Origin: an uncultured Candidatus Rokubacteria bacterium
GTDB taxonomy: Bacteria; Methylomirabilota; Methylomirabilia; Rokubacteriales; CSP1-6
DNA length: 64,000 bases
Assembly (NCBI GenBank): GCA_963754315.1
Contig: CAVWFS010000015.1
Coordinates: forward strand, 128,001 to 192,000
Reading direction: 5' to 3'
A program made the translations under genes and the position numbers. The notes under the pieces were generated by a model, which worked only from the letters and a program-made list of their open reading frames with translations, had not been told where the DNA came from and searched no databases. Positions 10,132 to 19,492 of this stretch are shown here, in pieces. Within the stretch, counting starts at the first letter, position 1, and each line of letters begins with the position of its first letter.

Positions 10132-10557
10132 GGGCTGACCTGGAATGACAGCCGTCCGATGAGCTGTCCCGAGCCGGTCATCACGTCACTGACCAGCGAC
10201 CAACCGGATCAGGGGGAAACCCCGTCTTGCGCGAGTACGTGCGGAATCCGCCGGCGCGCCCGCCGCGTACCGCCGACAGCCGCACGACCGTGATCGCACG
10301 GCCGTTCAGTCGCCACACGTGCTCGATGGGTTGACCCAGGCCGGCCGGCGCATAAATCGCAGTGTACGCGACGAGGCTTCCCCACCTCGAAAAGCCCTCG
10401 GAACTGGGCCAGCATCGCGGCCAGAAGCCATATCAGATATCCGCAGGACGATCCATGCCAGGGTTGGAAGGCCGCGGCGGAAGACGATCAGGGTGAGCAG
10501 CCCCGCGAACAGCGAGGCAAGCGAGATCCCCCAGCGACGAAGGAGGCAGCCGGGATG
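10128..10557 (-). pseudogene. Degraded DUF2914-domain membrane protein
   Basis: Manual translation across frames gives a TM N-terminus (WGISLASLFAGLLTLIVFRRG) joined directly to AYTAIYAPAGLGQPIEHVW..GGRAGGFRTYSRK..GRWSV/DVMTGSGQLIGRLSF. Several frameshifts and an apparent internal deletion. Confidence 0.65.
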
Positions 10558-10559
10558 CG

Positions 10560-10805
10560 TCAGGGGGACGGGCCGAGCCGGGCCGCCAGTCGGTGGGCGA
10601 GATCGTCTCCGCGAAGGGCCTCGAGACATTGGAGGACGTCTGCCGAGGCGCGGCGTCCCAGGTGTATTCCGACCAGATCAAGGGCCGCGCGGCGCGCCGC
10701 ATCATCCAGGGCACAGATCTCACGGAGCACCTTGGCGATCGACTCGTCCCGCGCCGCGACCTGGAGAATGAGATCGACGTCGATCGTCACCTCACGAAGC
10801 TCCAC
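10560..10805 (-). CDS. Small hypothetical protein (81 aa)
   Basis: Starts 4 nt after the metG stop; helical, normal composition. Confidence 0.6.
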   Translation of the reverse strand: MELREVTIDVDLILQVAARDESIAKVLREICALDDAARRAALDLVGIHLGRRASADVLQCLEALRGDDLAHRLAARLGPSP

Positions 10806-10809
10806 GTTG

Positions 10810-12735
10810 CTATCGTACCTTGGACCCCGGGGGAAGCTCGCGATCGAGCGTCACCAGGGCCAGGCCCCCCGTGCCGGAACCGGCCAGCACCATCCCGTTC
10901 GACTCGATCCCCATGATGGTCGTGGGTTGAAGATTCGCCACCACCACCACCCGTCGGCCCACCAGATCGCCCGGCGCGTAGTGCTCGGCGATCCCAGCGA
11001 GCACGGTGCGTGGCTCGCCGCCAAGGGAAACGGTGAGCTTGAGCAGCCGCTTCGATTTCGGCACCGCTTCCGCTGCGAGGATCTCGGCCACGCGAAGATC
11101 CAGCCGCGCAAACTCGTCAATGGTCACGGGGGCCGGCTTCTCCGCGTCGGTCTCGGCTGACGGCTCCCTCTTCGCCGATTCCTGGCCCGCCCGGGAGCCG
11201 ACACCCTCGGGAGGATGCGTTCGCGGGAAGAGCCCTGTCAGCTTGCTCACCCGCGTGCCGGCAGTGATTCCGCCCCACGCGAGGTCGGCCAGGCTGAGCT
11301 TGCCGGTCTGGCCGAGAGCCGTCCGGATCTTCTCGGCCGCCACCGGCAGGAAGGGATCGAGCACAATCCCGAGGCAGCGCAACGATTCGGCCAAGGTGTA
11401 CAGCACCGTATCGAGACGCGGCCGCTGGGCCGGGGTCTTGGCCAGGGTCCAGGGGCGTTCGGTGTCGACGTAACGGTTCAGGCCCCCGACCCACTCCCAG
11501 ATAGCAGCCAGGGCGCGGTGGAAGGCGAAGCCGTCCATGGCGTTCTCGACGTCGACCAGCGCCCTGGTCAACCCGCCGCGCACCTCCGCGTCGGCGGCCG
11601 TCTCGGCGTTCGGGGTGGGCACGGAGCCTCCGGCGAAATTGACGATGAGGGTCGTCGCGCGAGACACGAGGTTACCGAGATCGTTGGCGAGGTCGGCGTT
11701 GAGGCGTCCGAGGAATGCTTCTTCCGAGAAATCGGCGTCCAGCCCGAACACCATCTCACGTAACAGGAAGTACCGGAACGCGTCGTGACCGTACTTGTCG
11801 GTGAGCGCCAGCGCCTCCACGACGTTGCCGATGGACTTGGACATCTTGCCGCCGCCGAGACCCCAGTAGCCGTGGACGTTCAAGTGCCGATACACGGGCA
11901 GCCCGGCCGCCTTCAGCATGCAAGGCCAGTAGACGCCGTGCGGCTTCAGGATGTCCTTGCCGATCGCGTGCTGCACGTGAGGCCAGAACGTCGCATAGCT
12001 GTCGCCGCCGATCTCGCCGAGGGCGGAGACGTAGTTGATGAGGGCATCGAACCAGACGTAGGTCACGAAGCGGTCGTCGAAGGGAAGCGGAATCCCCCAC
12101 TGCAAGCGGCTGCGCGGGCGGCTGATGGAGAGATCTTGCAGCGGCTCGCGGAGGAAGCCGAGGATCTCGTTACGATAGCGCTCGGGTCGAATCAGGTCCG
12201 GATTCGACTCGATGTACCCGACCAGCCAGTCCTGGTAGGTCGACATCCGGAAGAAGTAGTTCTCCTCTTCGATATAGGTGAGCGGCCGCTGGTGGTCGGG
12301 GCACTTGCCGTCGACGATTTCCTTCTCCGTGTAGAAGCGCTCGCAGCCGAGGCAGTATTGGCCTCCGTACTTGCCGAAGTAGATCTCACCGGCGTCCCAC
12401 AGCTGCTGCAGGATCTGCTGGACGATCCGTGCGTGGCGGGGCTCGGTGGTGCGGATGAAGTCGTCGTTGCTGATGCCCAGCCGTCGCCACGTCTCGCGGA
12501 AGGCGGCCGAGATCTCGTCCGTATAGGCCTGGGGTGATACGCCGGCCCGGGCGGCCGCCTGGGCGATGTTGTCGCCGTGCTCGTCGGTGCCGGTGAGGAA
12601 CCACACCCGATCCCCGCGAAGCCGACGGTAGCGGGCCATCGTGTCGGCGACGATCGTGGTGTAGGCATGACCCAGATGGGGCCGGGCGTTGACGTAATAG
12701 ATGGGGGTAGTGAGATAAAAGACCGACTCGCTCAC
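10810..12735 (-). CDS. metG: Methionine--tRNA ligase with C-terminal tRNA-binding domain
   Basis: Motifs TTPIYYVN, HLGH, GTDEHG, Zn knuckle CLGC..CPDH, KMSKS, and C-terminal LDLRVAEIL...SNGM. Confidence 0.97.
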   Translation of the reverse strand: MSESVFYLTTPIYYVNARPHLGHAYTTIVADTMARYRRLRGDRVWFLTGTDEHGDNIAQAAARAGVSPQAYTDEISAAFRETWRRLGISNDDFIRTTEPRHARIVQQILQQLWDAGEIYFGKYGGQYCLGCERFYTEKEIVDGKCPDHQRPLTYIEEENYFFRMSTYQDWLVGYIESNPDLIRPERYRNEILGFLREPLQDLSISRPRSRLQWGIPLPFDDRFVTYVWFDALINYVSALGEIGGDSYATFWPHVQHAIGKDILKPHGVYWPCMLKAAGLPVYRHLNVHGYWGLGGGKMSKSIGNVVEALALTDKYGHDAFRYFLLREMVFGLDADFSEEAFLGRLNADLANDLGNLVSRATTLIVNFAGGSVPTPNAETAADAEVRGGLTRALVDVENAMDGFAFHRALAAIWEWVGGLNRYVDTERPWTLAKTPAQRPRLDTVLYTLAESLRCLGIVLDPFLPVAAEKIRTALGQTGKLSLADLAWGGITAGTRVSKLTGLFPRTHPPEGVGSRAGQESAKREPSAETDAEKPAPVTIDEFARLDLRVAEILAAEAVPKSKRLLKLTVSLGGEPRTVLAGIAEHYAPGDLVGRRVVVVANLQPTTIMGIESNGMVLAGSGTGGLALVTLDRELPPGSKVR

Positions 12736-13604
12736 GCACCGCTCCGCGGGGCGGGGCGATCCAGGGTGATCTTGATGTGCGCGCGCCCCTCCCAGGTCAG
12801 CTCCGATAGCGGCACCTCGGCCTCCGTGCCGTCGGGGAAACCGACGACGACTACTTCCTTCAGGACGCGCAGCGACCGCACCTTGCCCGTCATGCAGCCT
12901 CCTCCACCGCAGTCGGCCTGACAGGGCGTGTTCACCTTGGGCAGACGCCCGCGTAGCTCCTCGTAGGTGGAGAACTCGTAGAGCAAGCAGCACTTCAGTC
13001 GTCCGCAGTTACCGAGGAGCCGGCTGTCCGTCAGCGGCACATCCTGGATCTTGGCCATCTTGACGGCCACGGGCTCGAACTTCCTGAGGTGCGACGAGCA
13101 GCAGAGCTGGCGACCGCAGGGACCGATACCGTCCATGACCTTGGTGGTATCCCGGGCGCCGATCTGCCGCATTTCGATGCGGGCATGAAACTCGCGGGCG
13201 AGGTCGCGCACCAACTCGCGAAAGTCTACCCGCTCCTCCGCGTTGAAATACACCAGCACGCGCCGGGCACGCGGAATGATCTCCACGTCGACGACCTTCA
13301 TGGCCAGGCCGCGCTCGCGGGCCAGCCGTTGGACCGTGTCGACGGCGTCACGCTCGCGCGTGGCGTGCGCGCGGTGCTCGCCGACCTCGCTCTCGGTGGC
13401 CACCCGCAGCACGCGACGGTACAGGTGATCGCGCTTGGCCTCCGGGAGCGGCCGCCGGGGGCGCCGAACCTCGCCGATGGCGGGCTCGCCCTCCGTTTCC
13501 ACGAGACAGAGGTCACCCACGTGCAGGTCGAGATGTTCCCCGAGCCGATAGTCGTTCGCGTTCTGACCCGTGCGAAGGCGAATCCCGATCAGGAATTCAT
13601 CCAT
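12732..13604 (-). CDS. ricT: PSP1/RicT (YaaT) family Fe-S protein
   Basis: Motifs RVDFRELVRDLA, RIEMRQIGARD, CGRQLCC, CGRLKCCLLYE; lies between holB and metG. Confidence 0.9.
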   Translation of the reverse strand: MDEFLIGIRLRTGQNANDYRLGEHLDLHVGDLCLVETEGEPAIGEVRRPRRPLPEAKRDHLYRRVLRVATESEVGEHRAHATRERDAVDTVQRLARERGLAMKVVDVEIIPRARRVLVYFNAEERVDFRELVRDLAREFHARIEMRQIGARDTTKVMDGIGPCGRQLCCSSHLRKFEPVAVKMAKIQDVPLTDSRLLGNCGRLKCCLLYEFSTYEELRGRLPKVNTPCQADCGGGGCMTGKVRSLRVLKEVVVVGFPDGTEAEVPLSELTWEGRAHIKITLDRPAPRSGA

Positions 13605-13616
13605 GCCTCCGACCCT

Positions 13617-14510
13617 TCATGCCGCCCGTGCGGCGAGGCGGCTCAGCAGAACTTCCACGGTGAGCCGCGGCGATACGTTCGTTTCCAGGGCAGCCCGGGC
13701 TACCCGGCAGTTCGCCATCTCCTCCAGCAGGTCTCGCATCGTCCATCGTTCGGCCTCGCGCGCAAGGTCCACGATCATACTGGCATGGGCAAGCAGGGCG
13801 GGTGGCGCGCCGCTCTGGACAACGAGCAGGTCCCGGCACCAGAACCAGTAGGCATCGATGAGGACGACGGCCTTGTCGCGGTCGACGGTCGGAAGGCGTC
13901 TGATGAGGGCGTCGACCCCCTTCGCTCTGACCTCTGCCACCAGGGTGAGCGCTCCCGCCCGGGCCTCCGCTGCGGCGGGATCAGCGTGGGGCGCGCAGCG
14001 CACGATCTGACAGCGCGAGAGCACCGTGGCCGGCAGCGCCCGCACCGTGGAAACGCCCAGGATCAGGATGGTGCCGGGGGACGGTTCCTCCAGCGTCTTG
14101 AGGAAGGCCTGGGGGGTATCGGCCGTCATGCGGTCGGCGTCCTCCACGATGAAGACCTTATGCCGTCCCATAGCGGGTCGCAGAGCGGCTCGGCGCTCCA
14201 GCTCACGAATGGCGTCGATCCGGATGGCCCGGGGGCCGCGCGGGTTCCGCTCGGGAGGGGTCGGCACGATCAGGTGGAGGTCGGGATGCTGGCGTTTAGC
14301 CACGAGCGCACACGCGCGGCATTGGCCGCAGCCCCCGACGGCCGAGGCGCGCTCGCAGAGGAGCGCCTCCGCGAAGACCGCCGCCAGCGCGCTCCGGCCG
14401 GACTCCGCTGACCCCACCAGAGCGTAGGCGTGGGCGACTCGCCCGCTGGCCAGGGCGCGGCCGAAGAGGGCGATAGCTCTGGGTTGACCCTCGACCACGC
14501 TATAGGGCAC
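13617..14510 (-). CDS. holB: DNA polymerase III delta' subunit
   Basis: Motifs AHAY, CGQCRAC, HPDL, FLKTLEEP, TVLSRC; follows tmk. Confidence 0.92.
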   Translation of the reverse strand: MPYSVVEGQPRAIALFGRALASGRVAHAYALVGSAESGRSALAAVFAEALLCERASAVGGCGQCRACALVAKRQHPDLHLIVPTPPERNPRGPRAIRIDAIRELERRAALRPAMGRHKVFIVEDADRMTADTPQAFLKTLEEPSPGTILILGVSTVRALPATVLSRCQIVRCAPHADPAAAEARAGALTLVAEVRAKGVDALIRRLPTVDRDKAVVLIDAYWFWCRDLLVVQSGAPPALLAHASMIVDLAREAERWTMRDLLEEMANCRVARAALETNVSPRLTVEVLLSRLAARAA

Positions 14511-15123
14511 GCAGATAGGCCTCCACCGTCCTCGCCACGTCTGCGGCAACCTGGTCCGGTGGCCGAACGGCGCGGATCAAGCGGACACGCTTGGGTTCCG
14601 CGCGCAGGATTTCAAGGTAGCCCCGACGCACGCGGCGGTGAAAGGCGACCGCCTGCCGCTCGAAGTGATCGAGTCGCCGTCCGCGGATACGCCGCAGTCC
14701 CTCGAGTGGGGGAAGGTCAAAGATCAAGGTCAGGTCTGGCAACATTCCGCCAGTGGCCCTCACGTTGAGGTCCCGGATCAGATCACGATCGATCCCGCGT
14801 CCATAGCCTTGATAGGCGACGGTGGCGTCGGTGTAACGGTCGCAGAGAACGATCCGCCCTCCCTGGATCCAGGGCCCGATTTTCTCGGCCACGTGCTGCC
14901 GCCGTGCCGCCATGAAAAGGAACACTTCGCTGAGCGGCTGCGGCCGGGTGGCGGCGCGCTCGAAAAGGTGCCGAATGGCCACACCCAAAGGGGTGCCATC
15001 CGGCTCGGCCGTCCGCTCCACCTGGTAACCCTGCTGCTTGAGCCGCCGGGCGAGACGGATCATTTGAGTCGTTTTCCCCGACCCCTCGACCCCCTCGAAC
15101 GTGATGAGCGCTCCGCGCACCAC
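14500..15123 (-). CDS. tmk: Thymidylate kinase
   Basis: Motifs ITFEGVEGSGKTTQ, CDRYTDATVAYQGYGRG, PDLT. Confidence 0.97.
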   Translation of the reverse strand: MVRGALITFEGVEGSGKTTQMIRLARRLKQQGYQVERTAEPDGTPLGVAIRHLFERAATRPQPLSEVFLFMAARRQHVAEKIGPWIQGGRIVLCDRYTDATVAYQGYGRGIDRDLIRDLNVRATGGMLPDLTLIFDLPPLEGLRRIRGRRLDHFERQAVAFHRRVRRGYLEILRAEPKRVRLIRAVRPPDQVAADVARTVEAYLRAL

Positions 15124-15168
15124 TCAACCTCCCAGCACCAGTAAGCCACTCTAGCACGCCCCCTACAA

Positions 15169-15534
15169 GGGGGCCCTTTCGGGCCCCGCCCTCACGCATT
15201 CCCGAGGCGCGCCACGCTCCCCCGGGGCGTGCCGAGCCGCCTTGGGGGGCCAGGGGCCCTTTCGAGGCCCCGCCCTCGCGCATTCCCGAGGCGCGCCACG
15301 GGTCCCCCGGGGCGTGCCGAGCCACCCTGGGGGGCCAGGGGGCCCTTTCGGGGCCCCGCCCTCGCGCATTCCCGAGGCGCGCCACGCGTCCCCCGGGGCG
15401 TGCCGAGCCGCCTGGGGGGCCAGGGGGGCCCTGTTCGGGGCCCCGCCCGCCGCGCATTCCCGAGGCGCGCCACGGGTCCCCCGGGGCGTGCCGAGCCGCC
15501 TTGGGGGGCCAGGGGGGCCCTTTCGAGGCCCCCC
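15169..15534. repeat. Tandem array of four ~85-bp GC-rich palindromic (REP-like) units plus a terminal fifth hairpin
   Basis: Units start at about 15169, 15253, 15338 and 15423, with a partial unit at 15512. Consensus GGGGCCCTTTCGRGGCCCC-GCCCTCGCGCATTCCCGAGGCGCGCCACGNGTCCCCCGGGGCGTGCCGAGCCGCCYTGGGGGGCCA. Confidence 0.95.
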
Positions 15535-15535
15535 T

Positions 15536-16666
15536 CTACAAACGAAAAACCGGGAAGATCAGGCGGCGGATTGCCTCGATCTGACGCTCGGCGTAGGTCC
15601 TGACGGGCTCGGCGAGGTGGCCTGGAATAGGATCGGCGGGGTCCCAGAGATCCCCGGAGGAGAAGTTGTAGCGCTTGAGATCAGGCTCGAAGGCAAGCGG
15701 CATCTGGGTCGGGAGGTTCATGTCATTCATGATGGCCCAGGCCACTGTCCAGGCCCGGGCCACGTTGCGTAGATCATAGCCTCCTCCCCCCAGCGCGACC
15801 ACACGGGGGGACAACGCGACCACGCGCCTGACGGCAGCAGCGAAAGTCTGCACGTCAAGTGCGAGATGCGTGAGCGGGTCGGTCCGATGGGCATCGATAC
15901 CGAGCTGCAGCACCACCACGTCGGGATTGAATGCCTCCAGCAGCGGAGGAACCACGGCATTGAAAGCCGGCAGGTAGGTGTCGGGATCCGTGAACGCCTC
16001 GAGGGGGAGGTTGACGGAGTAGCCTACGCCCTTTCCCTCGCCGCTCTCCTCGACAAAGCCGGTCCCCGGAAACAGGCGGTCGCCGCGCTCATGCGTCGAG
16101 ATGGTAAGAACGGTCGGATCCGCGTAGAACGCGTGCTGTACACCGTCGCCATGGTGGGCGTCGATGTCCACATACGCGACCCGAAGACCCCGGGCCCGCA
16201 ACCTCAGAATCGCCAGGACGGCGTCGTTCACATAGCAGAAGCCCGACGCACGAGCTGGCATCGCGTGATGCAGTCCGCCGGCGAAGTGAAACGCTCGATC
16301 TACCTCCCCGCGCGCCACAAGGTCGGCGGCATCCAGCGACCCGCCGGCGGCAAGCCGAGCCACCTGCCAGAGGCCGGCAAACACCGGATTGTCTCCCGGC
16401 CCCAGACCAAACAGCGCGGCTCGAGGGGGCGGATGGCCGCTGTCGGAGGCCTTCAGCACCTCGAGATAGGCGCGGCTATGAAACTCGGCAATTCGCGCTT
16501 CGTCGGCAGGCTCCGGCTCTCGCACGAGCATCCCCGGTAACGTGGTGAGCCCGTAAGCCTCCATGAGCCTCCACGTGAGTCCGAGCCGCTCCATCCGCAG
16601 CGGGTGTTCGGGCCCATAGTCGAAGCGCGTATAGGCGTCGGAGTAGAGGAGAGCGGTCTTCGGCAT
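15536..16666 (-). CDS. acuC: AcuC-like histone deacetylase family protein
   Basis: Motifs HPLRMERL, GDNPVF, GGLHHA, SGFCYVND, DIDAHHGDGVQ, GGGGY. Confidence 0.93.
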   Translation of the reverse strand: MPKTALLYSDAYTRFDYGPEHPLRMERLGLTWRLMEAYGLTTLPGMLVREPEPADEARIAEFHSRAYLEVLKASDSGHPPPRAALFGLGPGDNPVFAGLWQVARLAAGGSLDAADLVARGEVDRAFHFAGGLHHAMPARASGFCYVNDAVLAILRLRARGLRVAYVDIDAHHGDGVQHAFYADPTVLTISTHERGDRLFPGTGFVEESGEGKGVGYSVNLPLEAFTDPDTYLPAFNAVVPPLLEAFNPDVVVLQLGIDAHRTDPLTHLALDVQTFAAAVRRVVALSPRVVALGGGGYDLRNVARAWTVAWAIMNDMNLPTQMPLAFEPDLKRYNFSSGDLWDPADPIPGHLAEPVRTYAERQIEAIRRLIFPVFRL

Positions 16667-16702
16667 CGGCTATGTCATCCCGGGCCCATTGCGTTTGTCG
16701 GC

Positions 16703-17203
16703 CTATCGCTTCCAGCGGCCGGACTTACCGCCGGACTTCTCGAGCAGCTGGATCTCGGCGATCGTGACCCCCCGCTCTACGGCCTTGACCATATCGTAAA
16801 CGGTCAGGGCCGCCACGCTCGCCGCCGTGAGTGCCTCCATCTCCACCCCTGTCTTATCGACGGTTCGCACCCGGGCCTCGATGGCAAGCTCACCGCGCCG
16901 GGGATCCTCGCGAAACGCAATGTCCACCCCGGTGACACGGAGGGGGTGGCACATGGGAATGAGATCAGCGGTTCGCTTCGCGGCAAGCACACCGGCGGTG
17001 CGCGCCACGCCAAGCACGTCCCCTTTGGGTGCATTGCCCTCACGGATGATCGCGAGGGTCGCTGATTTCATCCGGAGGACGGCGCGGGCGACGGCTTCCC
17101 GCACGGTCTCCGGCTTGGCGGAGACATCCACCATGCGGGCGTCCCCCTGCGGGGAAAGGTGGCTCAGACCGCGGAACGACTCGACTCGACGGTTCCGCGG
17201 CAT
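16703..17203 (-). CDS. moaC: Cyclic pyranopterin monophosphate synthase
   Basis: Motifs [40 protein letters not shown]. Confidence 0.97.
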   Translation of the reverse strand: MPRNRRVESFRGLSHLSPQGDARMVDVSAKPETVREAVARAVLRMKSATLAIIREGNAPKGDVLGVARTAGVLAAKRTADLIPMCHPLRVTGVDIAFREDPRRGELAIEARVRTVDKTGVEMEALTAASVAALTVYDMVKAVERGVTIAEIQLLEKSGGKSGRWKR

Positions 17204-17225
17204 GGGAAAGCTCGCGGACCGGCCG

Positions 17226-17453
17226 TCAGGCGCCGACGCTGGCGCGAGTCTGCCGCGCGATGGCCTCCATGCGGTCCTTGGCCATGAGCTTCAACTTCTT
17301 GAGCTCGCTGATTCTCCAGTGTTGGTCCGCCGAGAGCGAGGGGATTGTGGTCAAGGTCGCCAGCTCCTGGTCATAACTCTGGTGCTCCGTCCGGAGCCGA
17401 CGAAACTCCTCGTTCTCGGCCATGAGTCGTGCTGCGATGTCTTCCTGATTCAT
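17226..17453 (-). CDS. DUF465/YdcH-like small coiled-coil protein
   Basis: Pattern EFRRL..EH..YD..L...LKKLKL.AKD; strong GGGGAGGT RBS. Confidence 0.85.
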   Translation of the reverse strand: MNQEDIAARLMAENEEFRRLRTEHQSYDQELATLTTIPSLSADQHWRISELKKLKLMAKDRMEAIARQTRASVGA

Positions 17454-17467
17454 GCGCGACCTCCCCT

Positions 17468-17509
17468 AAAAACACAGAAAGCCAGCGCCGTCATGAGGTC
17501 GCTGGCCTT
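17468..17509 (-). terminator. Intrinsic terminator-like hairpin in the 5' leader of DUF465-moaC
   Basis: AAGGCCAGCG-N12-CGCUGGCUUU followed by CUGUGUUUUU, directly before the RBS. Confidence 0.6.
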
Positions 17510-17583
17510 TGGGACTGCACTGTCCACCTTGGAGACCCGTTCCTGCGCTCCCATGCTACGGGGAATCGGCACCGGGTGATTTG

Positions 17584-17613
17584 TTTATACGCCTCGGTAC
17601 GCGGCGGTGTCAA
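17584..17613 (-). promoter_or_regulatory. Sigma70-type promoter
   Basis: TTGACA-N18-TATAAA on the minus strand. Confidence 0.7.
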
Positions 17614-17638
17614 GCAAAGGGAGAACGCGCGAGTGCGT

Positions 17639-18793
17639 TCACGAGGGCAAGACATGGATGGATCCGCGATGGATCGAGAACTCCCACTGTCGGTCGTCCT
17701 TGATCTCGAGAATTTCGTAGACGAGGCTCGGCACCTCGACCTCCAGGTCGTAGTCACCCTGGGCGGCCGGCCCCGGTTCATCGAGCCGCATGCGGAGCGA
17801 CCAGGTGGTTCCCCCATCGGCCTCGCCGACGACGCACCCGCGCATCAAGTTCATGTGATGCCCTGCGTCAGGGGCCATCCGATCCTTGCGGATCAGGCGG
17901 ACGTACTCGGGGCGGATGAAGAACGCGATGGAAGAGCCTGCTGGCGGCAGGTACGCCCGCGTCGGCGAGTTCACCGCCTCGAGGATCTGGCCGCGCCAGT
18001 GGAACTGGATGCGATCGGGGCTTGCCTTGGCCACGGTGCCATGCAGCACATTGCGCAGCCCGATCAGCCTCGCCACTCGCTCGGAGCTCGGCTGCCAGAG
18101 GAACTCCGTCTTGGACGAAGCCTGGATGACACGGCCATGGTCGTAGACGACCACGCGGTCGGCAAGCTGGTAGGCTTCGGACAGATCGTGCGTCACGAGC
18201 ACGGCCGGCTTTCCCCAGTCGCGAAGGGTCCGTTCCAGGTCGTCTCGTAGCTGCCGTCGGAGCGGCGCGTCGAGAGCCGATAGCGGCTCGTCCAGCAGGA
18301 GCAGGTCTGGATCCACGGCCAGAGCACGGCCGAGGGCGACGCGTTGTTGCTGGCCTCCCGACAGCTCGCGGGGCGAGCGACGCGCAAGGTCGCCGAGCCC
18401 GAGCCGCTCCATGACTTCCTGGGCTCGCCGCCGCCGCTCCGCTCGCGGACGGTCCCGTAGCCCGAAGGCGATGTTCTGGCCGACCGACAGATGGGGAAAC
18501 AGCGCGTACCCCTGGAATACGTAGCCGATGCGACGATGATGCGGCGGCAGGTCGACCCCCAACGCCGAATCGAAGAATACGCGGCCGTTGACGACCATCC
18601 GACCAGCATCAGGACGGTCGAGTCCAGCCAGGCAACGCAAGGTCAAGCTCTTGCCCGAGCCCGATGGTCCGAAGAGCACGGCCACCCCGTCGCCGGCGGT
18701 CCAGGCGACGTCGAGCACAAAGGCGCCCAGGCGCTTCGTGATCACCAGGTCGACCGAGTCCGCCGGGAGGCCGCTGCCCGGACTCCGCGTCAT
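17639..18793 (-). CDS. modC: Molybdate ABC transporter ATP-binding protein
   Basis: Motifs GPSGSGKS, RRIGYVFQGYALFPHL, LSGGQQQR, LLDEP; follows modB. Confidence 0.88.
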   Translation of the reverse strand: MTRSPGSGLPADSVDLVITKRLGAFVLDVAWTAGDGVAVLFGPSGSGKSLTLRCLAGLDRPDAGRMVVNGRVFFDSALGVDLPPHHRRIGYVFQGYALFPHLSVGQNIAFGLRDRPRAERRRRAQEVMERLGLGDLARRSPRELSGGQQQRVALGRALAVDPDLLLLDEPLSALDAPLRRQLRDDLERTLRDWGKPAVLVTHDLSEAYQLADRVVVYDHGRVIQASSKTEFLWQPSSERVARLIGLRNVLHGTVAKASPDRIQFHWRGQILEAVNSPTRAYLPPAGSSIAFFIRPEYVRLIRKDRMAPDAGHHMNLMRGCVVGEADGGTTWSLRMRLDEPGPAAQGDYDLEVEVPSLVYEILEIKDDRQWEFSIHRGSIHVLPS

Positions 18794-19455
18794 GACGCGC
18801 GGGCCCCGAGTCGACCTGACAGAACGAGGACGATGCACGAGATGACCGTGAGCACCGCCACCAGGACCAGGACTTCGCCCGATTCGCCCGTCTGGACCGC
18901 CGTGTAGATGGTAAGCGGGACGGTGGCAGTCTTGCCCGGGATGTTGCCGGCCAGCATCAGGGTGGCGCCGAACTCGCCCAAGGCACGCGCGAAGGCGAGC
19001 ACGAGCCCGGCCAGGATGCCCTTCCGGGCAAGCGGCAGAGTCACCTCGAACGCCGTGCGCCACTCCGAGCGTCCAAGGGTCCGTGCCGCCTTCTCGAGGT
19101 CAGGGTCGATCGACTCGATGGCTGCTCGCGCCGTCCTCACGAGTAATGGCAGCGCCATCACGGTGGCAGCGATGACGGCGGCATACCAGGTGAATGCCAC
19201 CGTCCATCCGGTGAGGTCATAGAGAGGCGCTCCGAGCCAGCCCTTCCGGCCGAGGACGACGATCAGGTAGTAACCCGTCACCGTCGGCGGTAGCACGAGG
19301 GGCAAGGTTACTGCGACGTCCAGGACCGCGTGGCCCCAGAAGCGTCGCTTGGCCAGCAGGTATGCCAACGGTATCCCGAGCAACGCGTTCAGGACCGTGG
19401 CCAGGACGGCCACCTGCAGGGAGAGCCCGACACTGCTGAGCGCTTCCTGGCTCAC
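18790..19455 (-). CDS. modB: Molybdate ABC transporter permease
   Basis: Motifs LPLVLPPTVTGYYL and ARALGEFGATLMLAGNIPG. Confidence 0.93.
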   Translation of the reverse strand: MSQEALSSVGLSLQVAVLATVLNALLGIPLAYLLAKRRFWGHAVLDVAVTLPLVLPPTVTGYYLIVVLGRKGWLGAPLYDLTGWTVAFTWYAAVIAATVMALPLLVRTARAAIESIDPDLEKAARTLGRSEWRTAFEVTLPLARKGILAGLVLAFARALGEFGATLMLAGNIPGKTATVPLTIYTAVQTGESGEVLVLVAVLTVISCIVLVLSGRLGARAS

Positions 19456-19492
19456 CACCCACGTCCACCCCCCGCCTCGTGCCGAGCTCCCT

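Noticed and set aside
15169..15534. CRISPR array
   Set aside because: Units are near-identical over their whole length, with no unique spacers and no cas genes.
15163..15603. Repetitive-peptide ORFs over the repeat array
   Set aside because: Translations of a GC-rich repeat on both strands, with no RBS or protein-like features.
17468..17580. Canonical Moco riboswitch or 6S RNA
   Set aside because: I could not find the conserved sequence elements of either; kept only as an unassigned candidate.
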